64,000 nt of DNA from an uncultured Chloroflexia bacterium (lineage in GTDB: Bacteria > Chloroflexota > Anaerolineae > Anaerolineales > UBA4823). Positions 18,495-28,860 of the stretch are shown one piece after another (the first letter of the stretch is position 1; each line of letters begins with the position of its first letter). Both the position numbers and the translations under genes were made by a program. Below the pieces are notes generated by a model that was given only the letters and a program-made list of their open reading frames with translations, had not been told where the DNA came from and ran no database searches. The stretch lies in contig CAWJHE010000004.1 of NCBI GenBank assembly GCA_963842455.1, forward strand, positions 746 to 64,745, written 5' to 3'.

Positions 18495-19433
18495 ATGCAG
18501 TCAATTACCGAATATTCATTTCCACGCTACCTGGCGGCGAAGAAGAGCGTCGACGACCGTGCTTTGAATCGCCAGGTCTGGGACACTTTGGCAGCTCAAC
18601 TACCAACTGCATCGAAACAGAAACCACTCAGGGTGCTGGAGATTGGCGCCGGAATAGGCACGATGATCGAGCGTATGCTGGAGTGGAAATTGCTGCAACA
18701 GGCTCACTACACCGCGCTTGACTCGCTGCCCGAAAATGCACAAGCAGCGCTTACCGCGCCTCTCAAAATGGGCAGCCAGGCAACACATGCAAATATATTC
18801 CAAAAGCGCCTTACCATTGGGCAAGTAGCCGACTCTCATCGAAGAAAAAAGGTCGAAGTTGAATACCACTCAGAGGATCTTTTTGCCTTCATCGAACACC
18901 AAAGCGGTCAACAACAATGGGATTTGCTGGTTGCACATGCCTTCTTAGATCTGGTAGATATCCCTGCCACTTTGCCACTGCTTCGCCCATTGCTGTCACC
19001 AGGTGGTAGTTTCTATTTCAGCCTGAATTTTGATGGTGCGAGCATCTTTGAGCCAGGCATTGATCCTGGTTTCGACCGTCTGGTGGAAGCTTTATATCAC
19101 CAGAGTATGGACGAACGCGTGATCGCAGGCCAACCTGCTGGAGACAGCCAGGCTGGTCGCCACCTCTTCACCCATCTCCGCCAGGCAGGTTTCACGGTTA
19201 CCGGTGCGGGTGCATCCGATTGGGTTGTGTTTCCCACCAACGGTTCCTATCCCCACGATGAGGCTTACTTTCTGCATTTCATCATCCATACTATTTTCGA
19301 GGAATTAAAAAATCATCCAGAAATGGATACCCACCGCTTTGAGGCCTGGGTCTCGAAACGACGCCAGCAAATCGAAGATGCTGAATTGGTGTACATTGCA
19401 CATCAATTAGATTTTGTGGGAACACCAGCATAA
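18495..19433 (+). CDS. Class I SAM-dependent methyltransferase
   Basis: It carries motif I '[17 protein letters not shown]' and has the overall length of a Methyltransf_12/23-type protein. Confidence 0.8.
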   Translation: MQSITEYSFPRYLAAKKSVDDRALNRQVWDTLAAQLPTASKQKPLRVLEIGAGIGTMIERMLEWKLLQQAHYTALDSLPENAQAALTAPLKMGSQATHANIFQKRLTIGQVADSHRRKKVEVEYHSEDLFAFIEHQSGQQQWDLLVAHAFLDLVDIPATLPLLRPLLSPGGSFYFSLNFDGASIFEPGIDPGFDRLVEALYHQSMDERVIAGQPAGDSQAGRHLFTHLRQAGFTVTGAGASDWVVFPTNGSYPHDEAYFLHFIIHTIFEELKNHPEMDTHRFEAWVSKRRQQIEDAELVYIAHQLDFVGTPA

Positions 19434-19566
19434 CGACAATGCTCATAGCGTTCTGTGATGTAAATTACTTAATCAAAACATGATCATTGACAGAACACTG
19501 ACCGAACCATGATTATCTTCTAATTTTTAGAGAATAATCTCATTGTGGGCAGCTAGCTGAGGTAAA

Positions 19567-20172
19567 ATGGGAGGCGTTAAACCCTTAAAAAAACCTGGAG
19601 TCAATTTGAACGTTAAGCGTTTAGTAACTGATTATTTCTGGCTGCTGTTTGGAGCAGGCCTCATCGTCTTTCTAGATCAGCTCAGCAAAGGATGGGTGCG
19701 TAACAACCTGTCCTTGGGAGAAGTATACCGGCCAGAATTGTGGATCACGCCTTTTGCCCGCATCTTGCATTGGAGCAATACCGGCTCTGCTTTTGGTTTA
19801 TTCCCGAACATGAGCGGCGTTTTTACAGTTTTAGCATTCCTTGTCTCGGCTGCAATTATCTATTATTACCCACAAGTCCCCGGAAATGACCGTTTGCTAC
19901 GCCTGGCAATGATCCTACAATTAGGTGGCGCTGTCGGCAACCTGGTTGACCGCCTGATCCAAGGGCATGTCACCGATTTTCTCTCTGTGGGCAATTTCCC
20001 TGTTTTTAATGTTGCCGATGCCAGCATTTCCACCGGTGTTGCTGTTTTGGTGCTCGGCATCTTCCTTAAAGAGCGACAAGAAAAAGCGGCATCCAGCCGG
20101 GAGATCAACGCATCTGCCTCACAAATCTCATTGAATGATCCAAGCAGCTGCAACACCGACCTCGATAGCTGA
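19567..20172 (+). CDS. lspA: Lipoprotein signal peptidase (signal peptidase II), copy 1
   Basis: 'NTGSAFGLF', 'GGAVGNLVDRL..GHVTDF' and 'FPVFNVADASISTG' are LspA hallmarks. Confidence 0.85.
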   Translation: MGGVKPLKKPGVNLNVKRLVTDYFWLLFGAGLIVFLDQLSKGWVRNNLSLGEVYRPELWITPFARILHWSNTGSAFGLFPNMSGVFTVLAFLVSAAIIYYYPQVPGNDRLLRLAMILQLGGAVGNLVDRLIQGHVTDFLSVGNFPVFNVADASISTGVAVLVLGIFLKERQEKAASSREINASASQISLNDPSSCNTDLDS

Positions 20173-20212
20173 GGTAAAATGGGGGCAAATCTTATATCTA
20201 TTGGAGCTTTCG

Positions 20213-20785
20213 TTGAAGACTCAACGCTATATAACTGATTATATTTTCTTGCTTGCTGGCGCAGCGATCATCATCTTCCTGGATCAGTGGTCCAAAGAAT
20301 GGATACGAACCAACCTGGCTTATGGGGAGATCTATCACCCAGAATTATGGCTGAGCCAGTATGTTCGTTTGATGCACTGGCGAAACACAGGAATCGTGTT
20401 TGGGCTTTTCCAGGATATCCACAAGCTATTTAGCCTTCTGCCTGCCATCATCTCTGCAGCAATTATTTTCTATTACCCCAGGGTACCCAAAGAAGACCGC
20501 TTGATTCGCTTCTCGATGATGCTTTACCTTGGTGGAGGCATAGGCAACTTGATCGATCGTCTGACCCAGGGTTATGTGACCGATTTTGTTTCTGTGGGAA
20601 ATTTCGCTGTTTTTAATGTTGCCGATGCCAGTATTTCGGTTGGTGTCGTCATTCTGGCTTTGGGGGTTTACCTGAAAGAACAAGAAGAAAAGAAATTAGC
20701 AGCCTCTGCTAAAGAGACACAAACTGAAGAACTCCCGGAACAGGCCGATGATTCGCAGCTTCCGGAGGAGAACAAACTTGAATGA
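20213..20785 (+). CDS. lspA: Lipoprotein signal peptidase (signal peptidase II), copy 2 (tandem paralogue)
   Basis: It carries 'NTGIVFGLF', 'GGGIGNLIDRL..GYVTDF' and 'FAVFNVADASISVG'. The start is placed at TTG 20213 after a GGAG. The duplicated 'agctgaggtaaaatggg' ATG at 20179 is out of frame. Confidence 0.8.
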   Translation: MKTQRYITDYIFLLAGAAIIIFLDQWSKEWIRTNLAYGEIYHPELWLSQYVRLMHWRNTGIVFGLFQDIHKLFSLLPAIISAAIIFYYPRVPKEDRLIRFSMMLYLGGGIGNLIDRLTQGYVTDFVSVGNFAVFNVADASISVGVVILALGVYLKEQEEKKLAASAKETQTEELPEQADDSQLPEENKLE

Positions 20786-21704
20786 TCAAAATTTCACTTT
20801 TAAATTCGATGAGGCAGAACCTCAGCGGCTAGATAAATTCCTGGTGACATGCTTGCCTGAGTTATCCCGGTCACGCATTCAGGCGTTGATTAAAGAAGGA
20901 AAAATCACTACGGATGGTCAATTGCCGCGCAAATCTGGGCAGATGCTTGAAAAGGGTGCACAAGTCCAAATTTTTATCCCAGCTCCAGTCCCTACCGACC
21001 TGATACCCGAATCTATTCCTTTGCAGATCATTTTTGAAAATGAAGATTTGCTGGTAGTCAATAAGCCTGCAGGAATGGTCGTGCATCCTGCAGCCGGCCA
21101 CTCTTCAGGGACATTAGTACATGCTGCATTGGCGCATGCTCCCGGAATGGAAGGCATTGGGGGTGAGCAACGCCCTGGAGTAGTCCATCGCCTGGATAAA
21201 GATACATCTGGTTTGATTTTGTTGGCAAAAAATGATCGAACCCTGCGCTGGTTGCAAGATCAGTTTCGCCTGCGCAAGGTGGAGAAGACCTATCTTGCCC
21301 TGGTAGATGGACATCCCCCTACGCCTGTGGGAAGAATAGAAGCCCCAATTGGTAGGGATGTGAAGTCGCGCAAGAAAATGGCGGTGGTCTCTCCTGCCAA
21401 AGGACGGCTGGCAACCAGTGAATATAAAACCGTGGAAATGTTTATGGACCACGCTTTACTGGAGGTACACCCTGAAACTGGCCGGACGCACCAAATCCGC
21501 CTGCATATGGCCTTCCTGGGTTGCCCCGTAACTGGCGACACGATTTATGGACATCGGAAAGCGACCATTCCAATCAAGCGCCACTTTTTGCATGCAGCAC
21601 AGCTAAAAATTCAATTACGCGGGGAAAAAGAAGAACGGGTTTTTACAGCCCCCTTACCTGAAGAATTGGAAAATGCCCTGGGTGCTCTGCGCGTTTCTCT
21701 GTGA
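20748..21704 (+). CDS. rluD: RluA-family 23S rRNA pseudouridine synthase with an N-terminal S4 domain
   Basis: The S4-like region reads 'RLDKFLVTCLPELSRSRIQALIKEGKITTDG' and the catalytic motif reads 'HRLDKDTSGLILLAKN'. The start is uncertain (ATG 20748 or TTG 20778). Confidence 0.85.
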   Translation: MIRSFRRRTNLNDQNFTFKFDEAEPQRLDKFLVTCLPELSRSRIQALIKEGKITTDGQLPRKSGQMLEKGAQVQIFIPAPVPTDLIPESIPLQIIFENEDLLVVNKPAGMVVHPAAGHSSGTLVHAALAHAPGMEGIGGEQRPGVVHRLDKDTSGLILLAKNDRTLRWLQDQFRLRKVEKTYLALVDGHPPTPVGRIEAPIGRDVKSRKKMAVVSPAKGRLATSEYKTVEMFMDHALLEVHPETGRTHQIRLHMAFLGCPVTGDTIYGHRKATIPIKRHFLHAAQLKIQLRGEKEERVFTAPLPEELENALGALRVSL

Positions 21705-21815
21705 TCATTAAACCAGTCTTTCCTGACCAGCACCCATTAAAAATCAATCGTAGAATTTCTTTAGTCAGGCAATCAGAAAAAAAATACAACTCATCCAAAT
21801 GAATCTGGAGAAAAC

Positions 21816-22859
21816 ATGAAAATAGTTGACCTACGCTCGGATACCGTCTCACAGCCAACGGCGGCTATGCGTCAGGCAATGGCTGCAGCAGAGGTTGGAG
21901 ACGATGTGTATGGAGAAGATCCAACCATAAACCACCTACAAGAAATGGCGGCCAGCCTGATGGGCAAGGAAGCCGGGCTTTTTATTCCTTCAGGCACAAT
22001 GGGAAATTTGATCGCCATCCTGGCGCACTGTGGACGCGGTGATGAAGTGATCCTGGGAAACCAGGCTCATACTTTTTTGTTTGAAGCCGGCGGCATTTCC
22101 GCCTTGGGTGGTGTCCACTCTTGCCAGATTCCCAACCAGCTTGATGGCACATTGGACCTGGACGATATTCGCCATGCGGTCCGTCCCAATGACCCACATC
22201 ATCCCATCACTCGCCTGATTACAATTGAAAATACCCAAAACCGCTGTGGAGGCGTTCCACTAACCGCCAGCTACACACAGGCTGTCAGTGAATTAGCCCA
22301 GGATTTCCATTTGAATGTTCACCTGGATGGCGCCCGCATTTTCAATGCAGCGGTTGCTCAAGGAATACAGGCAAAAGAGTTGGCTGCACCAGTCGACTCG
22401 GTGACATTCTGCCTGAGCAAAGGTTTATGCGCTCCCGTCGGATCAGTCCTGTGCGGGTCAGCCGAATTTATCGCCCGTGCCCACCGTATCCGCAAGCAAC
22501 TTGGCGGTGGGATGCGACAGGCTGGCGTCTTGGCAGCTGCCGGCATTGTCGCTTTGGAGAGCATGATCGATCGCCTGGAAGAAGACCACCAACGCGCAAA
22601 AAACCTGGCCAGGCTTCTAGGTCAGATCCCTGGAATCTTGCTCGAACCAGGTACTCCTTACACCAATATGGTATTCATAAAATTTGACAAAAGCATAATT
22701 CCTTACACTGCCGGGCAAATTGCCGAGCGCATGGCAGAATTTGGCATCAAATTGGGGATCACCGGCAGATTCCGCTTCAGACTGGTCACCCACTACTGGA
22801 TTGATGATCAAGCAATCGAATTGACAGCAGAAAAGCTTGCAGAAATCTTAAAGAATTAA
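21816..22859 (+). CDS. ltaE: Low-specificity L-threonine aldolase
   Basis: '[39 protein letters not shown]' and '[14 protein letters not shown]' (PLP lysine) are present. Confidence 0.9.
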   Translation: MKIVDLRSDTVSQPTAAMRQAMAAAEVGDDVYGEDPTINHLQEMAASLMGKEAGLFIPSGTMGNLIAILAHCGRGDEVILGNQAHTFLFEAGGISALGGVHSCQIPNQLDGTLDLDDIRHAVRPNDPHHPITRLITIENTQNRCGGVPLTASYTQAVSELAQDFHLNVHLDGARIFNAAVAQGIQAKELAAPVDSVTFCLSKGLCAPVGSVLCGSAEFIARAHRIRKQLGGGMRQAGVLAAAGIVALESMIDRLEEDHQRAKNLARLLGQIPGILLEPGTPYTNMVFIKFDKSIIPYTAGQIAERMAEFGIKLGITGRFRFRLVTHYWIDDQAIELTAEKLAEILKN

Positions 22860-22892
22860 GTGCATGTTATAATTAATTGGGATTGGGTAACT

Positions 22893-23730
22893 ATGAGCGC
22901 ATTATTTAACGATAGAACAGATTGATGAAGTTGTTCGAATTATTAGAAAAGAGCAGTTCAGCCAGCCACGGGTGGGGATCATACTGGGCTCTGGCTTAGG
23001 TGAGTTTGCAAGAACTGTTGAAGGGGCTACTCATATTCCATTCGGAAAACTGCCCTACTGGCCGGTTTCTACCGTTCATGGTCATCAAGGTCAACTGGTT
23101 TTTGGCAACCTGGAAGACCAGCCAGTCGTTATCATGCAAGGGCGTTCTCACTACTATGAGGGCTACAGCATGTCAATCATCGGTTTGCCGGTGCGCGTCA
23201 TGCAGCGCTTAGGTATTGAAATTCTGATTGTGACCAATGCAGCTGGCGCTGTTAATCCAGACTTCAGTGCTGGTGAATTGATGCTCATCACCGACCACCT
23301 GAATTTAATTGGCATGGCGGGGCTAAATCCATTGCGCGGCCCCAATTTAGATGAACTGGGTCCACGCTTTCCGGACATGAGCCAGCCTTATGATCGAGAG
23401 CTTTGCGAAATCGCTCGACAGGTCGCCAAACAGGCCCAAATCAGGCTAAATGAAGGTGTGTATGCGTCTCTGGCGGGTCCTTCCTTTGAATCACCAGCCG
23501 ATTTGCGTTTCTTACGCGCTGCTGGAGTGGATGCAGTTGGAATGTCCACGGTCCCTGAAGTAATTGTGGCCAGACATGCAGGAACTCGCGTGTTGGGAGT
23601 TTCTGGAATCAGCAATAAAGCAAACCTGGATGGTAGTACGATCACGACTCACGAAGAGGTTTTGGAAGCAGGCAAAAAGATTGTTCCCCAACTCTCTGCC
23701 TTGATTCGAGGCGTACTTAACCGGTTATAG
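22893..23730 (+). CDS. punA: Purine nucleoside phosphorylase (trimeric PNP family), N-terminal frameshift near 22905
   Basis: It carries 'GIILGSGLG', 'HGHQGQLVFG', 'MQGRSHYYEG' and 'VGMSTVPEVIVARH'. The conserved leader '..TIEQIDEVVRIIRKE..' is in frame with the body but not with the only ATG (22893). Confidence 0.8.
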
Positions 23731-23784
23731 TTATCTTGAATTTTAACGGCGTGTTATCGGTATGCGCCCTCACCGAGGTGTGGC

Positions 23785-24483
23785 TTGGAAGAAGCTCTTA
23801 GCTTTTTTCGCGCCTTTGAAACATGGATTTACTTGTTTCTCGGGCTTTGGGGGCTAATTTTTATTCGACGTTTTGTTGTAGCCTGGCAGGAATTGCGCGG
23901 TGCTGTTTTTGGTTTAGAGCGAGAAAAGGCTCAAACACGGCTCAACCAATCTGCCAGTATGCTAGTTTTGTTATTAAGCATTGCCGTTGTAGAGTTTGTA
24001 TTGGTTTCGTTTATTGCACCGGCATTACCAGGAGCGAACCTGTTGCCAACCCCGACATTAGACTTGCTCGCAACCCCAACCACCACTCTCGCAGCCGGCA
24101 ATATGGAAAACCGTGATGAGATCGATATGCTTACCGCAGAACCCCCTCAAACCCCTCTAAATCCAGGCTGTATTCCAGGACAAATCGAAATCACATCACC
24201 GACGAACGGACAGGAAGTAAGCGGTGTGTTTGAAATTACGGGCGCGGCTAATATCCCAAATTTCGGTTTCTACAAATTTGAAATCAAGCGCCCTGATGAA
24301 AGTTTATGGTTAACCATCCAGGCAGGGAATTCTGTTGTCAATGGAGGTAAACTGGGTGATTGGGATACCGCCAGGTTGACCCCGGGAGAATATCAATTAG
24401 GTCTGGTCGTTGTTGATAACCAGGCGCAGGCCTCACCGGCTTGTATCATTCAAGTTCGCGTCATTCCGCCAACGGTTGAGTAA
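23785..24483 (+). CDS. Membrane-anchored protein with a C-terminal Ig-like/beta-sandwich-looking domain, function unknown
   Basis: Two N-terminal hydrophobic helices are followed by 'GQIEITSPTNGQEVSGVFEITGAANIPNFGFYKFEIK'. Confidence 0.5.
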   Translation: MEEALSFFRAFETWIYLFLGLWGLIFIRRFVVAWQELRGAVFGLEREKAQTRLNQSASMLVLLLSIAVVEFVLVSFIAPALPGANLLPTPTLDLLATPTTTLAAGNMENRDEIDMLTAEPPQTPLNPGCIPGQIEITSPTNGQEVSGVFEITGAANIPNFGFYKFEIKRPDESLWLTIQAGNSVVNGGKLGDWDTARLTPGEYQLGLVVVDNQAQASPACIIQVRVIPPTVE

Positions 24484-24517
24484 GAACCTGAAACCAGTAA
24501 AAACCGCTTAGAGGTAA

Positions 24518-25069
24518 TTGTTAATGCCAGAAATTGAAATCCGTCCTGCTATCGCTTCCGACATTCCGTTTTTAGTGGGATTAGACCATCATTACCAAAG
24601 CAATTATGCCTGGCAGATGGACTTCAACCAGGACCGAGAAGACAACCAGATCAGTATTCATTTTAAGAAAATTCGCTTACCCCGTGCAATCCAAGTTGAA
24701 TATCCCTGGTCACCCAACGCTTTAGCTGAAACCTGGATGGAGCGTCCGGTTGTTCTGGTCGCCAGTTTATCCGAGCGTCCCATAGCTTACGCAGGGATTG
24801 CTCTTTCAGATCAAGGCTTAAGCGCCTGGGTAACCGACTTGATTGTTCACCGTCCATTACGCCGGCAAGGGATTGGCAGTGCTTTGATCTGGTCATGCAT
24901 AGAGTGGGCGCTGCAAGCCAACTCTCAAAGCCTGGTATTGGAAATGCAACCTAAAAACGATCCTGCAATCCGATTAGCTCAAAAATTAGGATTTGAATTC
25001 TTCGGTTATCGCGATTATCACTACCCTCATCAAGAAACCGGTTTCTATTTTGGCAAGCGACTAAAATAA
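24518..25069 (+). CDS. GNAT family N-acetyltransferase
   Basis: It carries the acetyl-CoA binding motif 'VHRPLRRQGIGSALI'. Confidence 0.8.
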   Translation: MLMPEIEIRPAIASDIPFLVGLDHHYQSNYAWQMDFNQDREDNQISIHFKKIRLPRAIQVEYPWSPNALAETWMERPVVLVASLSERPIAYAGIALSDQGLSAWVTDLIVHRPLRRQGIGSALIWSCIEWALQANSQSLVLEMQPKNDPAIRLAQKLGFEFFGYRDYHYPHQETGFYFGKRLK

Positions 25070-25098
25070 ATCTTATTGGACCACCCTTTACACGAGGT

Positions 25099-27064
25099 AT
25101 GTACAATTTTACTGTCACAGCCTTAAGAACGATAAACGAACTGCTTTCTGCAGGCATTGCCATTACAGCATTTTCCTTGCTGCTATATGCGCTCTCATTC
25201 AATTTGCGTGATCGAGTCGCGCGCTCATTTGCTATCATCCTCCTATGCGTTGTGATTGTCTTCGTCTCCGAAGCGTTGAGCAGTGTTGCCCAGAATAATG
25301 AGCAGCTTGAACTCTGGCTGCGAATCCAATGGGTAGGGATTATCATTTTACCTGCAGCCTATTTGCATTTTTCCGATGCCTTACTCGCAACAACCGGTAG
25401 ACCTTCGCGAGGTCGCCGGAGTCTGGCTGTGCGCTTAGGCTATATAGCCTCCTTTGCCTTTTTGCTTACCTTACCATTTTCTTTATTAGTTGGTCCCCTG
25501 GTCACAAATGGTCAGCCAGCGCCGCACTTACAACGAACCTGGTTAAGCTGGATATTCATCACCTTATACCTGCTCAGCATGGCAGTTTCTTGGATCAACT
25601 TCTGGCGCGCCTACCGCCGAACAGTCGCCCGCACCAGCCGGAGGCGGATGTCCTACTTGATCACCGGCGCGTTAGCGCCTGCTTTGGGTTCTTTTCCATT
25701 TCTCCTATTTCGGCTTTAATTTTGCAGCCCAACACCAGCTCATCTTCTGGTCCACAGTTACACTGAGCAATTTACTTATCTCAGCCCTGCTTGTGTTGAT
25801 GGCCTACGCGGTAGCTTTCTTTGGTGTTCCCTGGCCTGACAGGGTAGTAAAAAGACGCCTGCTTAAATGGCTGATGCGCGGTCCAGTGACAGCTTCCACC
25901 ATCCTGGCAATCGCAACGATCCTGAGGCGCACTGGCGCCAGGTTTGGGTTAGATTTATCAGCCATTATTCTGACATCTACCGTTGCTTTAATATTGATTT
26001 TTGAGCACCTGATCACCTTAGTCGCTCCCATCTGGGAAAGATGGTTGTTTTCAGGAAAAGACCGTGAAGAAATGCAATTACTGCAGACTTTGGATGAACG
26101 ACTATTGACCGCCAGTGATATGCAGCAATTTCTTGAAGCTGTCCTGGCTGCAGTCTGCGACCGGTTGCAAGTTTCCAAAGCTTTTATTGCCGCTTTGGGA
26201 GCGCAAGGTTTAGAACGAATAGTAAAGATAGGAGGTGAAATAACGCTGGAAAAAGGCGAACTGTCTGCCAATCTACTGGAGGCTGTCTCCCAAAATAGTT
26301 TGACTCGAAGCTTGTTCTCTTGGGGAGAATATTGGATAATTCCACTTTATGACCCTGAGGAGATATCTGGCGAACTCTTAGGGCTGATGGGAGTCGTTCA
26401 CCAACCAGATCAAATCCTGGATGACGAACAATCTGATGCCCTCGACATGCTTTCCCAGCGGGTTGCGATTGCTCTCCGTGATCGCCGCAGGCAACAACAA
26501 GCATTTAGTTCGCTTGAAGAATTGACCCCACAAATGGACATGTTACAAAAGTTACGTGCAGCCGCCCGATATGATGGCAAGGAAATGCTGGCACTTGCAT
26601 CGTCCAGCACAAACCAGGGAGAGATGACTTCTTGGGTCAAAGATGCCCTCACCCACTTTTGGGGTGGCCCTAAGTTGACCCAGAATCCACTCCTACGTTT
26701 GCACCTGGTCGAACAAGCCTTATCAGAGGGTGAGGAAAATCCCACCAACGCATTACGTGGCATCCTGCGCAAAGCGATTGATCGTGTCCGCCCTGAGGGA
26801 GAACGCCGGTTTACAGCCGAATGGATTTTATACAACATCTTAGAAATGAAATTTATGGAAGGTCGCAAGGTCCGAGAAATTGCAGTTCGCCTGGCTATGT
26901 CAGAAGCCGATTTATACCGCAAACAACGCGTAGCCATCGAAGCAGTTGCAGAAGCAATTATTGAAATGGAACAAATTGCAACTGCACAAGAACCACTCAT
27001 TGACGAACAAAAACCATCTCAACTCAAAGATGAAAAGCAAAAAGGTGGACTTAATGGTAGGTAA
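25099..27064 (+). CDS. Multi-pass membrane sensor-like protein with a C-terminal HTH (sigma-70 region-4/LuxR-like), one frameshift near 25712
   Basis: The N-terminal 7TM-like segment continues across the break ('..PFLLFGFNFAAQHQLIFWSTVTLSNLLISALLVLMAY..'). The C-terminus reads 'GRKVREIAVRLAMSEADLYRKQRVAIEAV'. Confidence 0.55.
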
Positions 27065-28034
27065 AAGATACTCCTATAACGAACAAAATATGCCACCCCC
27101 TATGAACGAATCCTGGTGGGAGGCAGTCTTGGCAGAGGACGAAGCGCAGTACGCATCCTTGAATTCGAAAACCTCAAGCCAGAGCGGGGGGGAGCGGAAA
27201 TATTTGGAGAATGAAAATGGTGAAGAGATAGACCATCTCAACTGGGAAGAAGCCAGCCTCCTGTATGAGCAGGACCAGGTTATCAGCCTGACTGTAACCG
27301 GCTGCAACCGGGGAGGTCTACTGGTTCATGGTGATGGCCTGCATGGTTTCGTCCCATTGTCCCATTTGATTGGTGTTGAATGCAATGAAGACGATCCCGA
27401 AAAAATCCTTGAACAATACAAAGACAGCCAAATAAGTTTGAAAATAATTGAATGTGATCCGGATCGGGGACGCATTGTATTTTCAGAACGCGCCGCCCAG
27501 GCATCGCCAGGAAGTCGAAAGCGCCTGCTTGAAAACCTTGCGCCTGGTGATTGTACTTGGGGTACCGTGACAAATATTACTGACTTTGGCGTTTTTGTCG
27601 ATTTAGGTGGGGTAGAGGGATTGGTGCATGTATCGGAGATTTCCTGGGGGCGTGTTCACCATCCATCCGATGTGGTAAGCTTGGGGCAAGATGTGGAAGT
27701 TTATGTGATCCAAATCGATCAAGACCGGGCACGCATTGCCCTAAGCCTGAAACGCCTGAAGCCGAACCCATGGGAAACTGCTGAGGACAGGTATTATGTT
27801 GGGCAGCTCACTGAAGCAGTGATTACCAGCATTGTGCCCTTTGGCGCCTTTGCCAGGTTAGAAGAAGGCCTGGATGGACTGATCCATATATCCGAATTCT
27901 GCCAATTAAACTCCAAGCGAGAAGAAGAATTTGGCTTATGTGAAGGTCAAAAGATTCAGGTTCGAGTTTTGCACGTGGATGCAACCAAACAGAGACTTGG
28001 ATTAAGTCTAAAATTAGACGAAGAGCTGAATTAA
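27054..28034 (+). CDS. S1 RNA-binding domain protein (about three S1 domains)
   Basis: 'GTVTNITDFGVFVDLGGVEGLVHVSEISW' and 'AVITSIVPFGAFARLEEGLDGLIHISEF' are S1 domain signatures. The start is chosen at ATG 27054 after 'aaaggtgga'. Confidence 0.8.
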   Translation: MVGKRYSYNEQNMPPPMNESWWEAVLAEDEAQYASLNSKTSSQSGGERKYLENENGEEIDHLNWEEASLLYEQDQVISLTVTGCNRGGLLVHGDGLHGFVPLSHLIGVECNEDDPEKILEQYKDSQISLKIIECDPDRGRIVFSERAAQASPGSRKRLLENLAPGDCTWGTVTNITDFGVFVDLGGVEGLVHVSEISWGRVHHPSDVVSLGQDVEVYVIQIDQDRARIALSLKRLKPNPWETAEDRYYVGQLTEAVITSIVPFGAFARLEEGLDGLIHISEFCQLNSKREEEFGLCEGQKIQVRVLHVDATKQRLGLSLKLDEELN

Positions 28035-28117
28035 GCCATTCTGTTTGAGATTGTTGGAAGATGATAGACTACCGCCCTGGCATTCGTCCTGAGGAATACC
28101 AGCTCATTTAAGGTAAT

Positions 28118-28692
28118 ATGAACGATTTTTGGAAGATTGTACTCGGTGTATTGTGCGGGTTGCTGGGGGCTGGAATTCTCCTTTTAACTTTGCGTCAGCC
28201 TGCAGGCGAACCAGTTCAGCTTCGCCCCTTATCGACACCTGCACCGGTCACAGTTTACCTGGTAGGGTCTGTTCAATCTCCCGGGGTATATACATTGCCC
28301 GCTGGCAGCCGGCATCCAAGATGCAGTTCAGGCAGCCGGCGGGCTATTAACTGGATGCCAACCCCAAATCAGTCAATCTTGCAGCCATCTTGGTCGATGG
28401 TGAGCGCATCTTCGTTGCCAGCATGGCAGAACCAGAGGCCGAAACGGTTTCACCAGGCAACCCCTTCGAACGATCTGGCAACCTGGATAGTCTTTTCTTA
28501 ATCAACATCAACACAGCCTCACAAGCCGATCTAGAGCTTTTGCCAGGGATTGGTCCTGTAACTGCACAAAAAATCATTGAATACCGTGAAGCCAATGGCT
28601 TTTTTCCCTCCATAGAAGCAATTTTAGATGTCCCTGGAATCGGTGAAAAGACACTGGAAGAGATCAAAGACATGATTACAGTCAGTGACTAA
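28118..28692 (+). CDS. comEA: ComEA-family DNA-binding competence protein (SLBB plus helix-hairpin-helix), two frameshifts
   Basis: It has an N-terminal TM helix, 'VYLVGSVQSPGVYTLPAGSR|IQDAVQAAGGLL|..ANPKSVNLAAILVDGERIFV' spread over three frames, and the HhH region 'NINTASQADLELLPGIGPVTAQKIIEYR'. Confidence 0.75.
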
Positions 28693-28860
28693 AGCTACCG
28701 AATTCTGGCGCTACTACGATACCCATGCAAACCAGCTACAAGTTCAAAATCACATCCCAAGCATTGGGAGAATTATTCAGTCTCGATGGAATTCAAGATC
28801 ATATCAACGAATGTTCAATAAACAGGCGACTGCCTGCTTATCCAATCATCGGAGACCTGC

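Noticed and set aside
9644-27000. Antisense ORFs inside well-supported genes (for example 9644-10117, 13201-13818, 25804-26271, 26410-27000)
   Set aside because: Each is opposite a gene with clear family motifs, and none has a recognisable motif of its own. They are typical shadow ORFs.
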